Counted from the first letter of the stretch, positions 46,571-60,720 are shown. The stretch: 64,000 nt of DNA from Takakia lepidozioides (GCA_030704615.1 CM060732.1:18538001-18602000); one strand, 5' to 3'. Numbers and translations are program-made. Notes: a model not told the origin generated them from the letters alone.

Positions 46571-49500
46571 TGTCGCGGCCCTTTGCCTTGAGGGCAGGGG
46601 GTCGGGACACATGAAGGGCTGCCCCTGTGGTGGGGGCAGCGGCAGCGATAGGTATGGGGGGCTGAAGCACCCTTGAGTGCCCAAGGCACTCAAGGAGGCG
46701 GAGGCGCTCACTAGGTGGAGCCCCGCACACCGGGTTGCGGTGGAGGTGGCTCCACAAGGGGTGGTGGTAGCTTAGTGGGACTTAGTGGGGGTGGCATAGG
46801 ACTCACCATGGGGTGGAGACCTCGAGGTGGGAGTCGTGGGGAGTCTTGGGACTCATCACGGTCCATTGGGGCCGCGGTGAGTGGGCCAAGACTCACCGCG
46901 ACTCACCACCGGGAGTCGAGGGTTTTCGTGGTGGTTCGCCATAAAATGGCATGGCTGGTTATGAAACCCCCGCGGACAGCTACAGAAGTATATATAGGGA
47001 GTAGTAACCCCGAGAACGGTGCAAGCCCGTTGGTGACCAAAAACTAGTGAGTAAGCGAGCGAGCCGGAAAGCGACCAAAGAGTGGGGAGCTGTTCCGGAC
47101 TGCCATCTACCAAAGGGAATTCTCCTAGTCCCAAATAGGTGGAGGGTTTAGAGGGAAGCGGAAGGGGACCGTTATGTCCCGGTGAGCAGCCGAAACTCCA
47201 AGTTGGCCCGGCGGCCAGGTTGGGAGTCAGGCGCGCGCATCAAAGCGAGTAACTATGACTTGAAGGGGAGTTTACCGAACTGAGGTGTGCGACACTTGGT
47301 ATCAGAGCTTAGAGTTCAGTACGCGATCGTCCTTGGGATTGGCCTCATCATGGGGTCGGGCAAGCCGAAGCGAAAGCGGAACGGCCCAAAAGATGATGAT
47401 CCCGGTGAGCCCGATGGGGGCGACGTGTCACCGAGGCGGCCGTTTGAGGAAGCGATTAATGTTTCCGAAAACGAGGCCGCTCAGGAGCGGGAGGAATCCG
47501 AGGAGTCGGAGCCCGAGGAATCTTTGAGAGCTCCGACAAACCAAGAGATGCCTCCCATGCCGGCAGCCTTTTGGGAAGGGTTGTTGGCGCAGTTTGGCGG
47601 GACGTTGAAAGACGTGTTGAAGGCGGCTAATGCCACTTCCACCAAGGCAAAGTTTAAGGTGAAGCCTAAGGAACCCGGCACCTTCGAGGGCGTTCGAAAC
47701 CGGAAGGCACTCAACACCTGGCTCCTGGAGCTAGAGCAGTACTTCCGGGCGGCCAAGTTGAGTGACGAGGATCGGGTGGAAGTGGCTCCCACCTATTTGA
47801 GGGGCTATGCTCAACAATGGTGGCAGAAACGCCTTCACGACCGAGGCCCAAGCCCGGAAACCTTGAACTGGAGTGAGTTCAAGGAATTGATGAAGAGACA
47901 GTTTGTGCCCCTCAACGCGTCCTGGCTTGCCCGGGACAAGATGAGGAATTTGAAGCAAACAGATGACATTCGGGGGTATGTCCAGGCTTTCAATGTGCTG
48001 TTGCTCGAAGTCGCGGACATGGCAGAACCAGAAATGGTCTTCAACTTTGTGGCGGGACTGGCCCCATGGGCTAGGCGGAAGTTGGAGGAGAAGCCACCCA
48101 AGACTTTGAACGAGGCAATTGAGAGAGCTGAATGTTTCTCGGATGTCCCTAGGGGTGAGAGACAAGGCCGTACGGAGCTGAACCACAAGAAGACCCGGCG
48201 GGAAGGTGACTCCTCCCGACCGGAAAAGAAGTGGGATAGGCCACGCGGCGAAAATGGCACGTGGAAATCGAAGGGAGGTCCTTCACACGTCAAGGCGGCA
48301 CCCGGTGCTTCGAAAGGAAAAGCGGGTGGAGCGACTTATGGCGGACAGAAGGCGACCTTTGATGGAGTGTGTTTCAATTGCGGGGAGCCCGGGCACATGG
48401 CCAAGAAGTGCACGAAGCCCCGGCAATTGAACATGACTCGGGCGACCACGGAGCTGTCGGAAGATACCATCAGTCGCTTGGTGGAAGCGGTGGTCGCCAG
48501 GACTTGCAAGGTAGGCAAATTTTCTTGTGAGTTGTATCAGGAAACTGGCGCCTTACGAAAAGGGAGTCAGTTATTGTTCGTGGATGGGATAATATCCGGA
48601 ACTAATGTGTCGTTGTTGGTGGACACAGGAGCGTCGCACTCCTTCATGACGCCGGCGGCGGCGCGAAAGTTGGGACTCCCGACAAGTGACGTGGGGGCCT
48701 CTATTGAGGTGCGCTCTGCCAAAGGAGAACCTCAGTTGGCGACAAGGTTGGCGTTTGATGTTCCTCTTCAACTGGGGAGTTGGGAGGGACGTGAGAACTT
48801 CACTATCTGCGAGATCGATGGAGTGGATCTCATTTTGGGAATGACCTTTTTGAGCAAATCCGGAGCGGTCATAGATGGCCGCAAGAGAGTAGTCACGCTG
48901 CCATGTGGGAATGGTGGCGAGGTTTTACGAGTGTCGGAAACGCCCAAATCCGTGGGAGGGCGAATAAACCTTCTATCAGCAAAGGAGTGGGCCGTGGAGG
49001 AGACACACGAGTCCCAGTTTTTGCTTTACATTAGAGAAGTGAAAGGAGAAGGCGATGGGGAGCCGAGCCCAGATTGGATCAAGGGGATTTTGGAGAAATA
49101 CCAGGATGTGATGCCGGAGGATTTACCAAGCGGCTTGCCACCGCGAAGAGGAGTTGACCACAAAATTGAGGTGATACCGGGATCGGAACCGCCTGCCAAG
49201 GCGCCCTACCGGTTGAGCCACAAAGAGTTGGTCGAGCTGAAGACTCAGCTCAAAGATCTAATGTCAAAGGGGTACATCCGGCCGAGTAAGTCACCTTACG
49301 GAGCCCCGGTGCTATTTGCAGACAAGAAGGATGGGACGCTGCGGATGTGTGTCGATTACAGGGCTCTGAATAAGGTGACTATCAAAAACCGGTACCCTTT
49401 GCCAAGGATCGACGACCTCTTCGATCGGTTGGCAGGAGCGAAGTATTTCAGCCGGATCGACTTGCGCTCCGGCTATCACCAAATTCGGGTGGCGGAAGGA

Positions 49501-52500
49501 GATGAGGAGAAGACCGCGTGCAGGACAAGGTATGGTTCATATGAGTTCTTGGTGATGCCTTTTGGGCTCACCAATGCACCAGCGACATTTAGCACGCTGA
49601 TGAACAGCCTTTTCCAGGAGTGGTTGGATGACTTTGTGATCGTGTACATCGACGACATCTTGGTGTACTCGAAAACAAAGGAGGAGCACCTGGAGCACCT
49701 CAAAAGGGTGTTCCAAAAATTGCGAGAAGGGAAGCTGTATGCCAAAGCTTCAAAGTGCGAATTCGGGGTCACAAAAGTGGAGTTCTTGGGGCACGTGATT
49801 ACACAGGATGGGATCAAAATGGATGACAGAAAGGTGAGGGCGATCTTGGACTGGGAGCCTCCGACTTCGGTCCCGGGAGTGCGATCCTTCCTAGGACTCG
49901 CCTCCTATTACCGGAAGTATGTGAGAAATTTCGCCAAGATCGCGGGGCCGCTGTCGGACCTTCTGTGTAAATCCAAAGTCTGGGTATGGAACACATTTTG
50001 TGGCCAAGCTTTTGCTGAATTGAAGCAGCGGATGACGGAAGCTCCAGTCTTAAAAATCCCGGAGTTCGATCGTCCGTTTGAGATTCATACAGATGCATCG
50101 GACTTCGCAATTGGGGGTGTACTTATGCAAGATGGACGTCCAGTGGCTTACGAAAGTAAGAAACTGAATGAAGTGGAGCGACGGTGGCCGACGCACGAAA
50201 AAGAGATGAAGGCGGTGGTACATTGCCTTGAACTCTGGCGCCACTATGTTGGTTCCAACCCAGTGAAGGTGTTCACGGACAATGTCACGGTGAAGTATTT
50301 TGCCACGCAGCCCAAGTTGTCCCCAAAACAACTTAGGTGGCAAGATACTTTGGCAGTGTTCGACGTGGATATCCAGTACAAACCGGGACGGGACAATGTG
50401 GTGGCCGATGCTTTAAGTAGAAAGCAGCAGCTCTTGTTGGTGTACAAGGGCGAGACGGCGCTCCAAAGGAAGATCCGGAAGGCTTGCCGGAAGGATGAGC
50501 TGGCAAAGTGCGTGATGCAGAACTTGAGAATGGGGGTTAAATCGCAGTTCCACTTGCAAAACGGACTGCTCCGGTATAAGCAAAAACGTCTCTATGTGCC
50601 AAAGGGAGGGATCAGGGATAGTCTCTTGAGAGAATGCCATGATAGCCCGCTTGCGGGCCACGGTGGAGCCAAGCGCACTGCGGCACTCTTGAAGAAAGAG
50701 TATTTCTGGCCCAAACTGAGGGAGGAGGCAGAGGAGTATGTAAAGACATGCACCACATGCCAACAAAACCGGAGCGAGTATAAAAAGCAAGCGGGGCTGT
50801 TACAACCCTTGCCGATTCCAGAGGGGACTTGGGAAAGCGTCTCGATGGATTTCATGACTGCTATGCCGCTGTCAAAAGGATTCGATGCAATCATGGTGGT
50901 GGTAGATAGGTTCAGTAAAATGGCCCATTTCATCCCCACCAAGGAGACGGCAACTGCGCAGGAGACAGGGCGACTTTACTTCGCCCACGTCTTAAAGCAT
51001 CATGGAGTCCCGAAGGATATTGTCTCGGACCGCGACCCAAAGTTTACGAGTAAATTCTGGAGAGCACTTTGGAAGAAGATGGGGACGAGGCTGAAGATGA
51101 GCACCGCCTTCCGACCTACGACGGACGGCCAAACGGAAAGAGTGAATTCCGTAGTGAAGCAATTCTTGCGGAATTACGTGTCGGCAGACCAATCAGACTG
51201 GATGGAACACTTAGACGCGGCAGAGTTCTGTTATAATAACACAGAACACTCCGCGACGGGAGTTTCCCCTTTTGTGTTGGTCTATGGAAAAGCACCTCTG
51301 GTGCCGACAAGTTGGGCCGCCCAGGACGTTGAGGAACCGGCAGTAGCGGCGGTACTGGAAGAACGCGAGCGTTTGTTGAAGCTCGCAAAGTACAACATTG
51401 CCAAAGCTAGGAAACGGTATGAAAGGCAGGCGAATCGGAAGCGGAGGGAAGTGAAGTTTGAGGCAGGCACAGAGGTCTGGTTGAACATCAAGAATTTTCG
51501 ACTACCTCCGGAAATGAGTCCGAAGTTCGTACCTCCGTATGCGGGTCCCTTTCGCATTCGGAGGGTTATGAATGAGGATGTGTATGAATTGGAGCTGCCA
51601 GCAAACAGCAAGGTGCACCCAGTATTCCATGTCTCCCTTTTGAAGCCTTACTTCAAAGATGAAGCACGTCCGAATCGGCAGCAAGTGTTGCGTCCGCCAC
51701 CTATGCTGTTGGATCATGAAAATGAACCCGAGTACGAGGTGGAGGCAATACTTAAGTCGAGGAGGTTCAAGAACCGAGAAACGGAGTATCTCGTCAAATG
51801 GAAGGGCTATCATCTTGTGGAGGCATCTTGGGTGCGTGCCTCAGAAATGGGAAACGCATCCGAGGCAGTTGCAGCGTTCGAAGGGCGACCTCAAAAGCGG
51901 AAGAAGCGTTGATGGGGACATCAACCTTGGAGCGTGGGGGAGGAAATGCATGCTTAGCCCGGTTTAGCTAGCTCAGGAATCCGATTGCAAAAACTTGTAT
52001 TGTACAAAAATTTGTGATAAAGGAAATGGGTTCCAAATATTGTGCGTCCTATTGTGTTTGGAATGGTGATGCATGGTGTGGTTGGCTGGTGTGTAGAATG
52101 CATGCTAGCTTACAAAAGTGGGAGAGGTAAATTGGGTTAATCGTGTGTTTGCGCAGTGCCGAAATCGGGTGACTCCCATCCAAGGGGCAAGGAAACTTGC
52201 GCCTTATTTGGGAGTTCAAGTGCTAGTGCGCACCTGGCGCGTGCGCGTACTATAACTGCGCTACCGAGGGGGTTGCCTTGTAGTGCGGGCTAACGCGGAA
52301 GCTACGTGCTTCCGTTCACGTACTATAATCGTGTAGCCTCGGGACGAAGTCGTAGTGCGGCTTCGGCGTGTTCCCGTACCTCAGGCCAGCATTCCAAGGC
52401 GGACCCAATTGTAGTGATTGGGGCGCACGGTTGGTTCAAGGTTATCTTCCTAGTCAAAGAGGGTTCCAGGTGAACCCTTGCTCAAGGTGATGCCAAAAGC

Positions 52501-53542
52501 GGCATCATGAGCGATCGCAAGCAATGTTGTTGCAGTAAGGCGATTCGATCCTCGGGGAGGATCGTTCCTTGGCCTTGAAGTAGGCCAAGAAGAGTGCACT
52601 GGGAGGAGCTGGAGAGGCTCCACCCTTGGCCGGGACTTGGAGGAAGTCGGCCGAACTAGCTAGTGGAGAGTGGAGTCAAGTGTGGGGTTTGGTTCTTTGC
52701 CATGGGACGCCATGGTACGGAAACAAACTCCTTGATGTGGGACGCCACAACTTGGATGTTCGTTTCTACAAAATGGACAAGTCGATGAGGACATCGACTC
52801 CCTGTTGGTAGGGGTGTGTGTCGCGGCCCTTTGCCTTGAGGGCAGGGGGTCGGGACACATGAGGGGCTGCCCCTGTGGTGGGGGCAGCGGCAGCGATAGG
52901 TATGGGGGGCTGAAGCACCCTTGAGTGCCCAAGGCACTCAAGGAGGCGGAGGCGCTCACTAGGTGGAGCCCCGCACACCGGGTTGCGGTGGAGGTGGCTC
53001 CACAAGGGGTGGTGGTAGCTTAGTGGGACTTAGTGGGGGTGGCATAGGACTCACCATGGGGTGGAGACCTCGAGGTGGGAGTCGTGGGGAGTCTTGGGAC
53101 TCATCACGGTCCATTGGGGCCGCGGTGAGTGGGCCAAGACTCACCGCGACTCACCACCGGGAGTCGAGGGTTTTCGTGGTGGTTCGCCATAAAATGGCAT
53201 GGCTGGTTATGAAACCCCCGCGGACAGCTACAGAAGTATATATAGGGAGTAGTAACCCCGAGAACGGTGCAAGCCCGTTGGTGACCAAAAACTAGTGAGT
53301 AAGCGAGCGAGCCGGAAAGCGACCAAAGAGTGGGGAGCTGTTCCGGACTGCCATCTACCAAAGGGAATTCTCCTAGTCCCAAATAGGTGGAGGGTTTAGA
53401 GGGAAGCGGAAGGGGACCGTTATGTCCCGGTGAGCAGCCGAAACTCCAAGTTGGCCCGGCGGCCAGGTTGGGAGTCAGGCGCGCGCATCAAAGCGAGTAA
53501 CTATGACTTGAAGGGGAGTTTACCGAACTGAGGTGTGCGACA
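46571..53542 (+). mobile_element. Intact chromovirus (Ty3/Gypsy, Galadriel-like)
   Basis: 724-bp LTRs at 46571-47294 and 52819-53542 (TGTCGC...GCGACA; one mismatch seen). 5-bp TSD CCTTG. PBS TGGTATCAGAGC (tRNA-iMet) at 47297-47308. Confidence 0.97.
47350..51912 (+). CDS. Gag-Pol polyprotein (gag, CCHC, PR, RT, RNase H, integrase, chromodomain), 1520 aa
   Basis: [61 protein letters not shown], and [22 protein letters not shown]. Single uninterrupted frame. Confidence 0.96.
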   Translation: MGSGKPKRKRNGPKDDDPGEPDGGDVSPRRPFEEAINVSENEAAQEREESEESEPEESLRAPTNQEMPPMPAAFWEGLLAQFGGTLKDVLKAANATSTKAKFKVKPKEPGTFEGVRNRKALNTWLLELEQYFRAAKLSDEDRVEVAPTYLRGYAQQWWQKRLHDRGPSPETLNWSEFKELMKRQFVPLNASWLARDKMRNLKQTDDIRGYVQAFNVLLLEVADMAEPEMVFNFVAGLAPWARRKLEEKPPKTLNEAIERAECFSDVPRGERQGRTELNHKKTRREGDSSRPEKKWDRPRGENGTWKSKGGPSHVKAAPGASKGKAGGATYGGQKATFDGVCFNCGEPGHMAKKCTKPRQLNMTRATTELSEDTISRLVEAVVARTCKVGKFSCELYQETGALRKGSQLLFVDGIISGTNVSLLVDTGASHSFMTPAAARKLGLPTSDVGASIEVRSAKGEPQLATRLAFDVPLQLGSWEGRENFTICEIDGVDLILGMTFLSKSGAVIDGRKRVVTLPCGNGGEVLRVSETPKSVGGRINLLSAKEWAVEETHESQFLLYIREVKGEGDGEPSPDWIKGILEKYQDVMPEDLPSGLPPRRGVDHKIEVIPGSEPPAKAPYRLSHKELVELKTQLKDLMSKGYIRPSKSPYGAPVLFADKKDGTLRMCVDYRALNKVTIKNRYPLPRIDDLFDRLAGAKYFSRIDLRSGYHQIRVAEGDEEKTACRTRYGSYEFLVMPFGLTNAPATFSTLMNSLFQEWLDDFVIVYIDDILVYSKTKEEHLEHLKRVFQKLREGKLYAKASKCEFGVTKVEFLGHVITQDGIKMDDRKVRAILDWEPPTSVPGVRSFLGLASYYRKYVRNFAKIAGPLSDLLCKSKVWVWNTFCGQAFAELKQRMTEAPVLKIPEFDRPFEIHTDASDFAIGGVLMQDGRPVAYESKKLNEVERRWPTHEKEMKAVVHCLELWRHYVGSNPVKVFTDNVTVKYFATQPKLSPKQLRWQDTLAVFDVDIQYKPGRDNVVADALSRKQQLLLVYKGETALQRKIRKACRKDELAKCVMQNLRMGVKSQFHLQNGLLRYKQKRLYVPKGGIRDSLLRECHDSPLAGHGGAKRTAALLKKEYFWPKLREEAEEYVKTCTTCQQNRSEYKKQAGLLQPLPIPEGTWESVSMDFMTAMPLSKGFDAIMVVVDRFSKMAHFIPTKETATAQETGRLYFAHVLKHHGVPKDIVSDRDPKFTSKFWRALWKKMGTRLKMSTAFRPTTDGQTERVNSVVKQFLRNYVSADQSDWMEHLDAAEFCYNNTEHSATGVSPFVLVYGKAPLVPTSWAAQDVEEPAVAAVLEERERLLKLAKYNIAKARKRYERQANRKRREVKFEAGTEVWLNIKNFRLPPEMSPKFVPPYAGPFRIRRVMNEDVYELELPANSKVHPVFHVSLLKPYFKDEARPNRQQVLRPPPMLLDHENEPEYEVEAILKSRRFKNRETEYLVKWKGYHLVEASWVRASEMGNASEAVAAFEGRPQKRKKR

Positions 53543-54029
53543 CCTTGAGTTTTAAAGAAACTCCCTTCTTGGAACAAATTCCTTATCTGCAATCTTGCCT
53601 TGTGCTCATCCACATCCACTTGTCCTGATGGCAAATCAAACAATTGCTGCAGGTACTGGGGAGTAATTTCTATATCTACTCCCCTCACCTGAGTAACTCC
53701 CGTCCGCCTTGCGGGTCCCCCATCTCTGCTCAATCATCAGGGCCTTCCTTTATATTTCCAACTTCTTAGGGGTCTCTATGTTGTCTCTCTATGCCTTTTC
53801 CAGCATTAGAGACATTGATTGCCGTTCGCACGGAGAAAATGATGATCTCTCCGACTTTGTGTCAATATGGTTTTTGGGCTCTTTGGATGTCTCTTTGGAT
53901 GTCTTGGCTCTTTTGGGTTTCAGATGGGTGCCTTCTATGCTTCCTGCAGACCCTCGTTCGAAGTTTCAGATCTCTCCTTTACAACCATCAAATCGTGAAC
54001 CGCTCACGGGCTTCTTTGTCCTTCCTCCA

Positions 54030-57000
54030 TGAACTGGAACCTGGTTACCTAGAACATTAGGGGTATCGGCTCCGAGGCTTCTGTGCCCAAAAGGAATAGA
54101 ATTAGGATTTGGGTCTCTTCCTTGCTATCTTCCAGTTCTAATATATTCTTACAAGAACATAAGCTAGATGATAGGAAAATTGCCTCTTTGGGTCATTCTA
54201 TCTGGCCCTCCTCCTCTTCTTGGTGGAATCCTACTATCATTGACTCTAGAGGAGGCACTGCCATCTTAATTTCGCCTTCCTTAGTTTCCTCATTTCTTAG
54301 GGTGGAGACCTGGATTCCTGAGAGAGCCCAGTGTGCTTTCACTGCAGCTTCTTCCAAATTTGGGTCCATTCATGCTTTCATAAATATCTGTGCTCCCAAT
54401 TCTACGTCTGATCGCACCGAGTTCCGGAAGTCGCTTCACTTCATATTCTCAATAACCCGCAGATCTGCAACTGGGTATTAGCTGGTGAATTTTAACATGG
54501 TGGAATGTTCTAGCGATAGGCTTGATTCTTCTTCTTAGCCTCTTTCCACGAAAAAATAGTCTTCTTGGGAAAGGCTCTGTTTTTCAGTCGGTCTCTCTCG
54601 GATTCGCTTAGTATGAGCGTTCATCCCTTAGATTTACCTGGGCTAATCTTAGGTCTCCCCCGCACTTATGCATGGCTAGACTCGACAAGATTTACTGCTT
54701 GCCTTTGCCTGCTACTTGGGCGACCCCAGTTCCTCTTCCACCCATCCTCCTTGACTTTAATCGTGCGATGGTCTCTCTGCAGTTCAGGGCCCCAGGGCTT
54801 CATCGGAGAGGAAGAAGCTATTATAAGCTGACCCCAGCTTTGCTTCACTCCCCTCAGATGGTGGATCAATTAGCTAAGGTTTGGGAGTCTGGCAATGCCT
54901 TCACCTCCCCTATGGTCAGGTGTCTTTTCAAGCTCGCAGTGGCTAGGAATCTGTCTAAAAGACTCTCTAATGATCTAGCTCAGAACCGATCCTGTAGAGA
55001 AAAGTTCTTGGTCAAATGTATCTCGCACTGTCAGTGGTTATTTGAAAGCAATGCTGTGGGCCCGGTCACCGTGCAAACTTACAATACTGCTAAGAGAAAT
55101 CTGACCGAACTCTGTGCTTGTAAGGAGCTCAATCTGAAAAGAAAAGCAGGCTTCAATTGGTCCCTGCAAGGTGAAAAAACGTCCGCTTATTTCTTTCAAA
55201 TTAAAACCAAACAACGTCAAGCGGCTACATCCATCTGCTCGCTTCGGATCGGATGAATTCCACGCAGTCCAATCCTAAATCTATGGCTGCCATTGCGGTT
55301 GAGTGTTTCACGAATCTTTTCTCTCCCCCTTCTATCTCGGTGGACAACCATTCCCAGAGATCGTGGGTTCTAGATTCTGTTCCTCGGATCCTTTCCGTTG
55401 AATATCAACAGACTCTGTGCGTTCCATTTTCTGTCACTGGGCTCCTGGAGGCCATGGAGGCTCTCGCTTCTCTTAAATCATAAGCCTGATGCAGATCTTC
55501 AATCGAAAGCAAGATGTTATCTAAAATCATGCGATTTTTCATGAAGCCCGTCTGCACATGACGAACCAACGTGTAGAGAAAGGGCTACAATCTCAATGCC
55601 AATGCCTTGGCATGATTTTGTAAATAGAGTTCAGTAGGGTTATAGGCCTATAATTGGTGATAAGATCTCTTTCCCCTTTCTTAAAAATGAGAGCTATAAT
55701 TCCTTGAGACATTTGGGAAGGCATAATACCTTTCGAAAGCACATCATTAGCCATGAGCAGGAAATCTTTCTTTCCAAAGCGATTTGGAGAATTCCACCGG
55801 GAGGCCATCTAGGCCTGATCAGCCTCTTGCTCTCCTTATGTTGGATTTTGAAAAAGCCTTTGATAATGTTGATTGGTCTTTTCTTTTGGGGGCTTTGGAG
55901 AAGTTGGGCATCTCGGGAAGCTTCCTCTCGTGAATCTAAATTCTGCTTTTTTTGGCTTCCAGCACTAGAGTCTTGGTTAATGGTGTTCTCTCTTCGTCCT
56001 TTCCTTTGCACAAGTATGTGAGACAGGGTTGCCCCCTGGCTCCGTTTCTCTTCTTGCTAGCGGCAGACGCTTTCGGCCACTTGTTGGAATCCTGCACCTC
56101 CATACAAGGCCTTAGAATCCCCTGCTCCTTGGCCTCTCCTTATAGCATCAAGGCCTCTCATTATGCTGATGACACAGTCATGCTCATTGACAACTCCTCT
56201 GCTGCCAATGTCACAGCGGCTCTTCAGGCTCTCAATATGTTCTGCCTAGCTTTTGGACTCAAAGTCAACTGGCCTAAATTTGTTGATGTTTTTTGTAAGC
56301 TTAAGCCTATATAGCAGCTGTCTCTCATTCTGCACCATGCAGGGGCCATGATTTGGGACTCCTTTGGCTCCAAGATGGACAGGCACATAACCTGCTTGGT
56401 CATCTCATGGGTCATGCCTTGTCTAATCACCAACGATGTGAAGCTGTCATACTTAAGCCCAAAATGAAAGTCAATTACTGGAGTTCTTTCTCCCTTTCAA
56501 TTGCCGGTAGGGCTGTAGTGGTTAACCAAGTGTTGCTGGCTTTTGTCTGGTTTACTGCTTCTGTATGGTTCCCGGGCTCTTCCATTGTCAAACAAATCAA
56601 CTGATCCCTGGTCAGGAATTTTCTTTGGGGTGCCACCCCCGCCTCCTCTTCTCGGAGAGCTCTCGTTGGCTGGTTGCAGATCACTCAAAAGAAAAATTTC
56701 GGTGGCTTGGGGATCATTGAATCTTTTGCGCAAATTGTCTCTAGACTTTTAGCAAAATGGGTTTCGAACTTTTGTCACATCTGGGATCCTGGATTTCTCC
56801 TTCCTCAGGATGTGGCCACTCTCTCCCTTTCCTGAAGAAGAACTGCTGCCTGACAGATTCTTGTCAATGATATGCCGTCCCTCTGGATCAACCTCTGCTC
56901 CTTCCCTATTGCCCTGCGTCCTCTTCCTTTCTGGCTAGGAGGAAGTGAAGATGGATCTAGCGCCTCGGGTCCCTCTATTTTTGCTTTCTATGCTATCTAT

Positions 57001-58312
57001 CGAGCCTCACTCCTTCTCCAGGGGTGGAGATTCAAAGTGGCTCAGGATGGCACCCTTCTCCACCCCTTCTCGTTCACTGTTGAGTCTGAACTCTATGCTA
57101 GTTCTTGGTTTTTGTCTGCCTCCTTGCAGCACCTTCAATTCGACCCTACAGAATGGCACTGGATGTCCCGGCCAGACCACAAACCTTTCTTTCCGTACAC
57201 GGTGAAACTGGGATACTTATTACTTCCTTCTTAGACCCCCTAATAGTCTTCTCTGCCAAATGGAATGCTAAGTGGAGACATCCCTTCTAACTCGCAATCT
57301 ATCTGGAAGGATGTTTGGAGATGACAGGGTAGCCAAAGTCTGTGGTTTCCTCTGGAAATTTGTGAACCGCATTCTACCTGTGTTTGCCTTTATCTCTTAC
57401 TCCCCTCTTATTTGTTAATCTTTATGTGCCTCTGGTTGTTCTGAACATTGCCTTCTTCATTGCACTATGGCTTCCTAGGTTTGGAGACTTGTTTCTAAAT
57501 TCTATGCTGCTTGGAGAACGGATGTCTCCTTCCAAAGTTCAGTTTTGCTTTTCTTAACTTAGAAAGGGAAGTCAGTTGGAGTTCCTGCCCTGTCTGGGCG
57601 GCCCTCCGAGCTCATACTCTCCGGAGAACCAGATGTTCTTTTGTTTATGCGGGGGTGCAACCTTGTGCCAATGTAGTGTTGCCTAGAGTGCACTCGGACA
57701 TCACGTCTGAAGCTTGGAAGGCCTAGCGGATGTTGTGTGCAGTTGCTGCTAGATATTCAGAGGGAAGGCGAATGCAGCTATTCACTAGCTTTGATAACTC
57801 CGGGAAAAAGCGGGCAGTTGTGCTTAAGAACCTCTCAATCAAACGATTATCTGGAACGACCGCCTCCCGCCATGTTGGAAACTCTCTTAGTGCCAGACAG
57901 TCGGCCAAGCCTGAAGAATCTAATGTCAATTGGCATCACAAGCGTTCTCTTAGGAAGGGCAAATCTAAGGCCCATCTTTCTTTTGATTCCTCCAAGCATT
58001 AGGTTGTCAGCTTCGTGTTCTTCTTCTTCCCTCATTTCAGCCTGCTCCTTCCTTGTAACCTACTATTCTTTTTAAGGTGCTCCATCTCTAAGCATTTTTT
58101 AGGCTCATCTTTCGTATGTTTCCTCTATGCTCTAGGATGCCAACTTCTAGTGTCCCCCCTCCCCCCCTGCAAAACCTACTTCCTGAGTTTTCTGCGGCTC
58201 TTCTTAGGGTTATGGTTAGGGGGCGGTGCCCTCATGGTTTGTAGAGGTTATTTTTTCCTCGTTTTATTATATAAATTCAAGGGCCTCCGTCCCCTTTTTG
58301 TTTAAAAAAAAA
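54030..58312 (+). mobile_element. Decayed L1-clade LINE (ORF2: endonuclease, RT, zinc finger; A-tail about 58304-58312)
   Basis: FLQEHKL, SRGGTAILI, NICAPN, ARLDKIY, LDFEKAFDNVDW, VRQGCPLAPFLF, HYADD. Many stops and frameshifts. The 3' motif aagggcctccgtcccc is repeated at about 58404. Confidence 0.85.
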
Positions 58313-60449
58313 CCATCTAATATATAATATCATTGACTAGAAATAATGCATTTAAAATTTGGGCACTTTTTCATTGTGACACTTTTTCATTTAATTTGAT
58401 TAAAAGGGCCTCCGTCCCCCTTTCTCTTTAGAGAGAAAAAAAAATCTCTGTTTTATAGGCTATGCAATCCAAATAACGAATTCATGCATTCACACTTTTC
58501 AGAAATGAATTCCTGACATTTTATGTATTTCTTTGTTATCCTGGTAATTCGGGCAATTCGGGCAGCTTCGACAGAAAACGAAGACTATGATGCTGACTAC
58601 AAAAATGATATATTTTTTCATTCTTTTTCTCTCAGGCAGCCTAAAATATGACAACAATGACATGGCTGACGACGATGTCACACTATGGCACCCTATTCCC
58701 ACTCTGCACTAAACTAGTCTCCGACTTTCTACCATCCCTAGAATTATTTGTAAGAGAAGACGCCAGGCAAAGCCTGTGTACCTAAGGCCAGAGCAACTTC
58801 GCCTTGCAGCTACTGCCGTTGTGGTGGGTAAGATTGCAACTTCAGAAGCTTTGAAACTCTTGGATACTTGACCAAAGGATTTGACCAAAACAGGCCCACT
58901 CCTGTAACTGGGTCCAGTTGAACATGTCATGGATGAGTCTTGAATTGCGACTTCAAGTAGAATAAGTCTCAAAAAGATTTTGAACAAAGAGTCTCTTGCG
59001 GTAAGATCCTAGAATGAAAGCAAAAAAATCTCAACAGTTAATCAGCCTGTTTTCTCAAAACAAACTGATATGCTTTTTGATGTCACTTACTGTTTTCAAG
59101 TCCTATGTCAACCATTAGTTGAACCTGTCCGACCAAACCACATGAGCAACATAGTTAGCATCTCATTGTCATGACAGTAGAGGCCTTCCATCCAGTCTCC
59201 TGAAGGAAGGTGAAGGACCCTGAATGACCAAAAGGCAAGAGGAACAATTTCATGTGCCCAGTACACCCCCAACCCCATCGGTGCTGAAAGGTTGGTTCCG
59301 CTTCTATTCTCCATCTTTCTGGGCCTCCCACGTACGTACGTAGTCAACTTATTTCTTTCTTACCTGGCAGCCTAAATGAGGTTCTCCACCTTTAGAGAAA
59401 AACTTGAAGTTGAATTATAGTTTTTGAATTGCCTGTTGGGGCTGCACTTTTTTCCCTGTATCATGCTTTCCTTCGACCAAAGATCTTTGAGATCCATGGA
59501 CCTTAGGAAGCTTGATTGATGAAGGAAAATGAGGAGCTGAACCCTCGCTTACTTGATGCTATGATTAGAATAAATCCTGGTGCTGTGGTGAGCAAACAAG
59601 AAGCAATGACGTCAACAGATGCTCCATAAAAATCAGTACGTGGATTGAGAAGGTTTCAATCTGGTTTGGTGGCAAGTTCTTTGAAGCTGGGTGAGATCCA
59701 AGAAAACATACAGCTGACACCAACTGACTTGTTGGTTAACTTTTTGGGGTAGCATTATCGCCATAGATCCAGCACTTGTACCATTCTAGAAGGGTCCCCT
59801 CAGTCTGGCTGCTGCGGAGAAAGAGAGCACTATAGGAAGTGTTGCTTGGAGGGGATGTTTCTAAAAAAAAAAAGGAATATAAGGTTCAGTTCAGTCTAAC
59901 ATTGTCAACTGCTGCCCTACCTTCTATCTCAGACACCTACCAAAATTCCCTCCCAAAGGTGTCACACATTCCTTCTCACAAGCAGATCTACTTGTTGAAC
60001 CTCCACTTGTGATACATAGTATCCCCCACGATGGTACTAAGCCTCCATGAGCTGGTTGTGGGGTTTTAACCAACCCACCTATAAAACTCAGCCTGAATTA
60101 CAACAGAACTCAAGGACAATCGGCTCCAGAGCATTGCCCTCTTGCTGACTGGAAAATTGTATGCCAAGCTGGGTGCTATAGCCACATGGCTTAAAGAGCA
60201 GAAATTTGCTGTGTGAGTATACAACATACACTGGGCTAACAATAACTTGGTTGTAGTTCTTCACCAAGCTGTTCAGCGCCAGCAGCAGCAACTCCTGTTA
60301 AATCAACAGGTTACTCAACATCCGACAGATTAATTTGGTAAGCGATGTAGTAGGTTGAATCCAAGCTCAATCCACATGAGCAACCCTCTAAGGCATACAG
60401 CCACCATACTGAAACTTCGACACCTACAGTCAAACCATCAACAACATAG

Positions 60450-60720
60450 CCAAGGAAATGAGATCCAAGGCAACTGCATTCCTTGTTCACCTAAGAGTGG
60501 CCTTGGCATCAGCAGCTAGAGTCCACAAGCGTGATTCCAAACGTTGCACACGCACTGCAAACGCACACAGACATGATGTGGTTGAGCTTCACCCCTTCCC
60601 CCATCATTTGCTCATAGGTCTCCAAAGCCCCATCCCACGCCCCTGCTCTGCACACCCTGCAAGCATCGCGTTCCACGACAGCACATCTCGTTCAGCTGTG
60701 CATCTCGGCCTTTGTGCTTG
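60450..60720 (-). pseudogene. PPR (PLS-type) gene fragment
   Basis: ERDVLSWNAMLAGCAEQGRG followed, after a frameshift, by GEGVKLNHIMSVCVCSACA. Confidence 0.5.

Larger units (their letters stand above)
46298..53733 (-). pseudogene. Antisense accessory ORF resembling the 'plant transposon protein' domain, split by the chromovirus (parts 53733-53543 and 46565-46298)
   Basis: VRGVDIEITPQYLQQLFDLP..FKTQG | YACTKAE..LRGEDVAWAELMYNGL reads in one frame once the insertion and one TSD copy are removed. Confidence 0.55.

Noticed and set aside
46715-47134. ORFs duplicated at 52959-53382
   Set aside because: They are chance frames within the GC-rich LTRs.
47287-47349. GTG start of the 1541-aa ORF
   Set aside because: It overlaps the LTR end and PBS; the ATG at 47350 is the plausible start.
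58450-60300. Short ORFs between the LINE and the DRP5A 3' end
   Set aside because: No recognisable motifs or splice structure.
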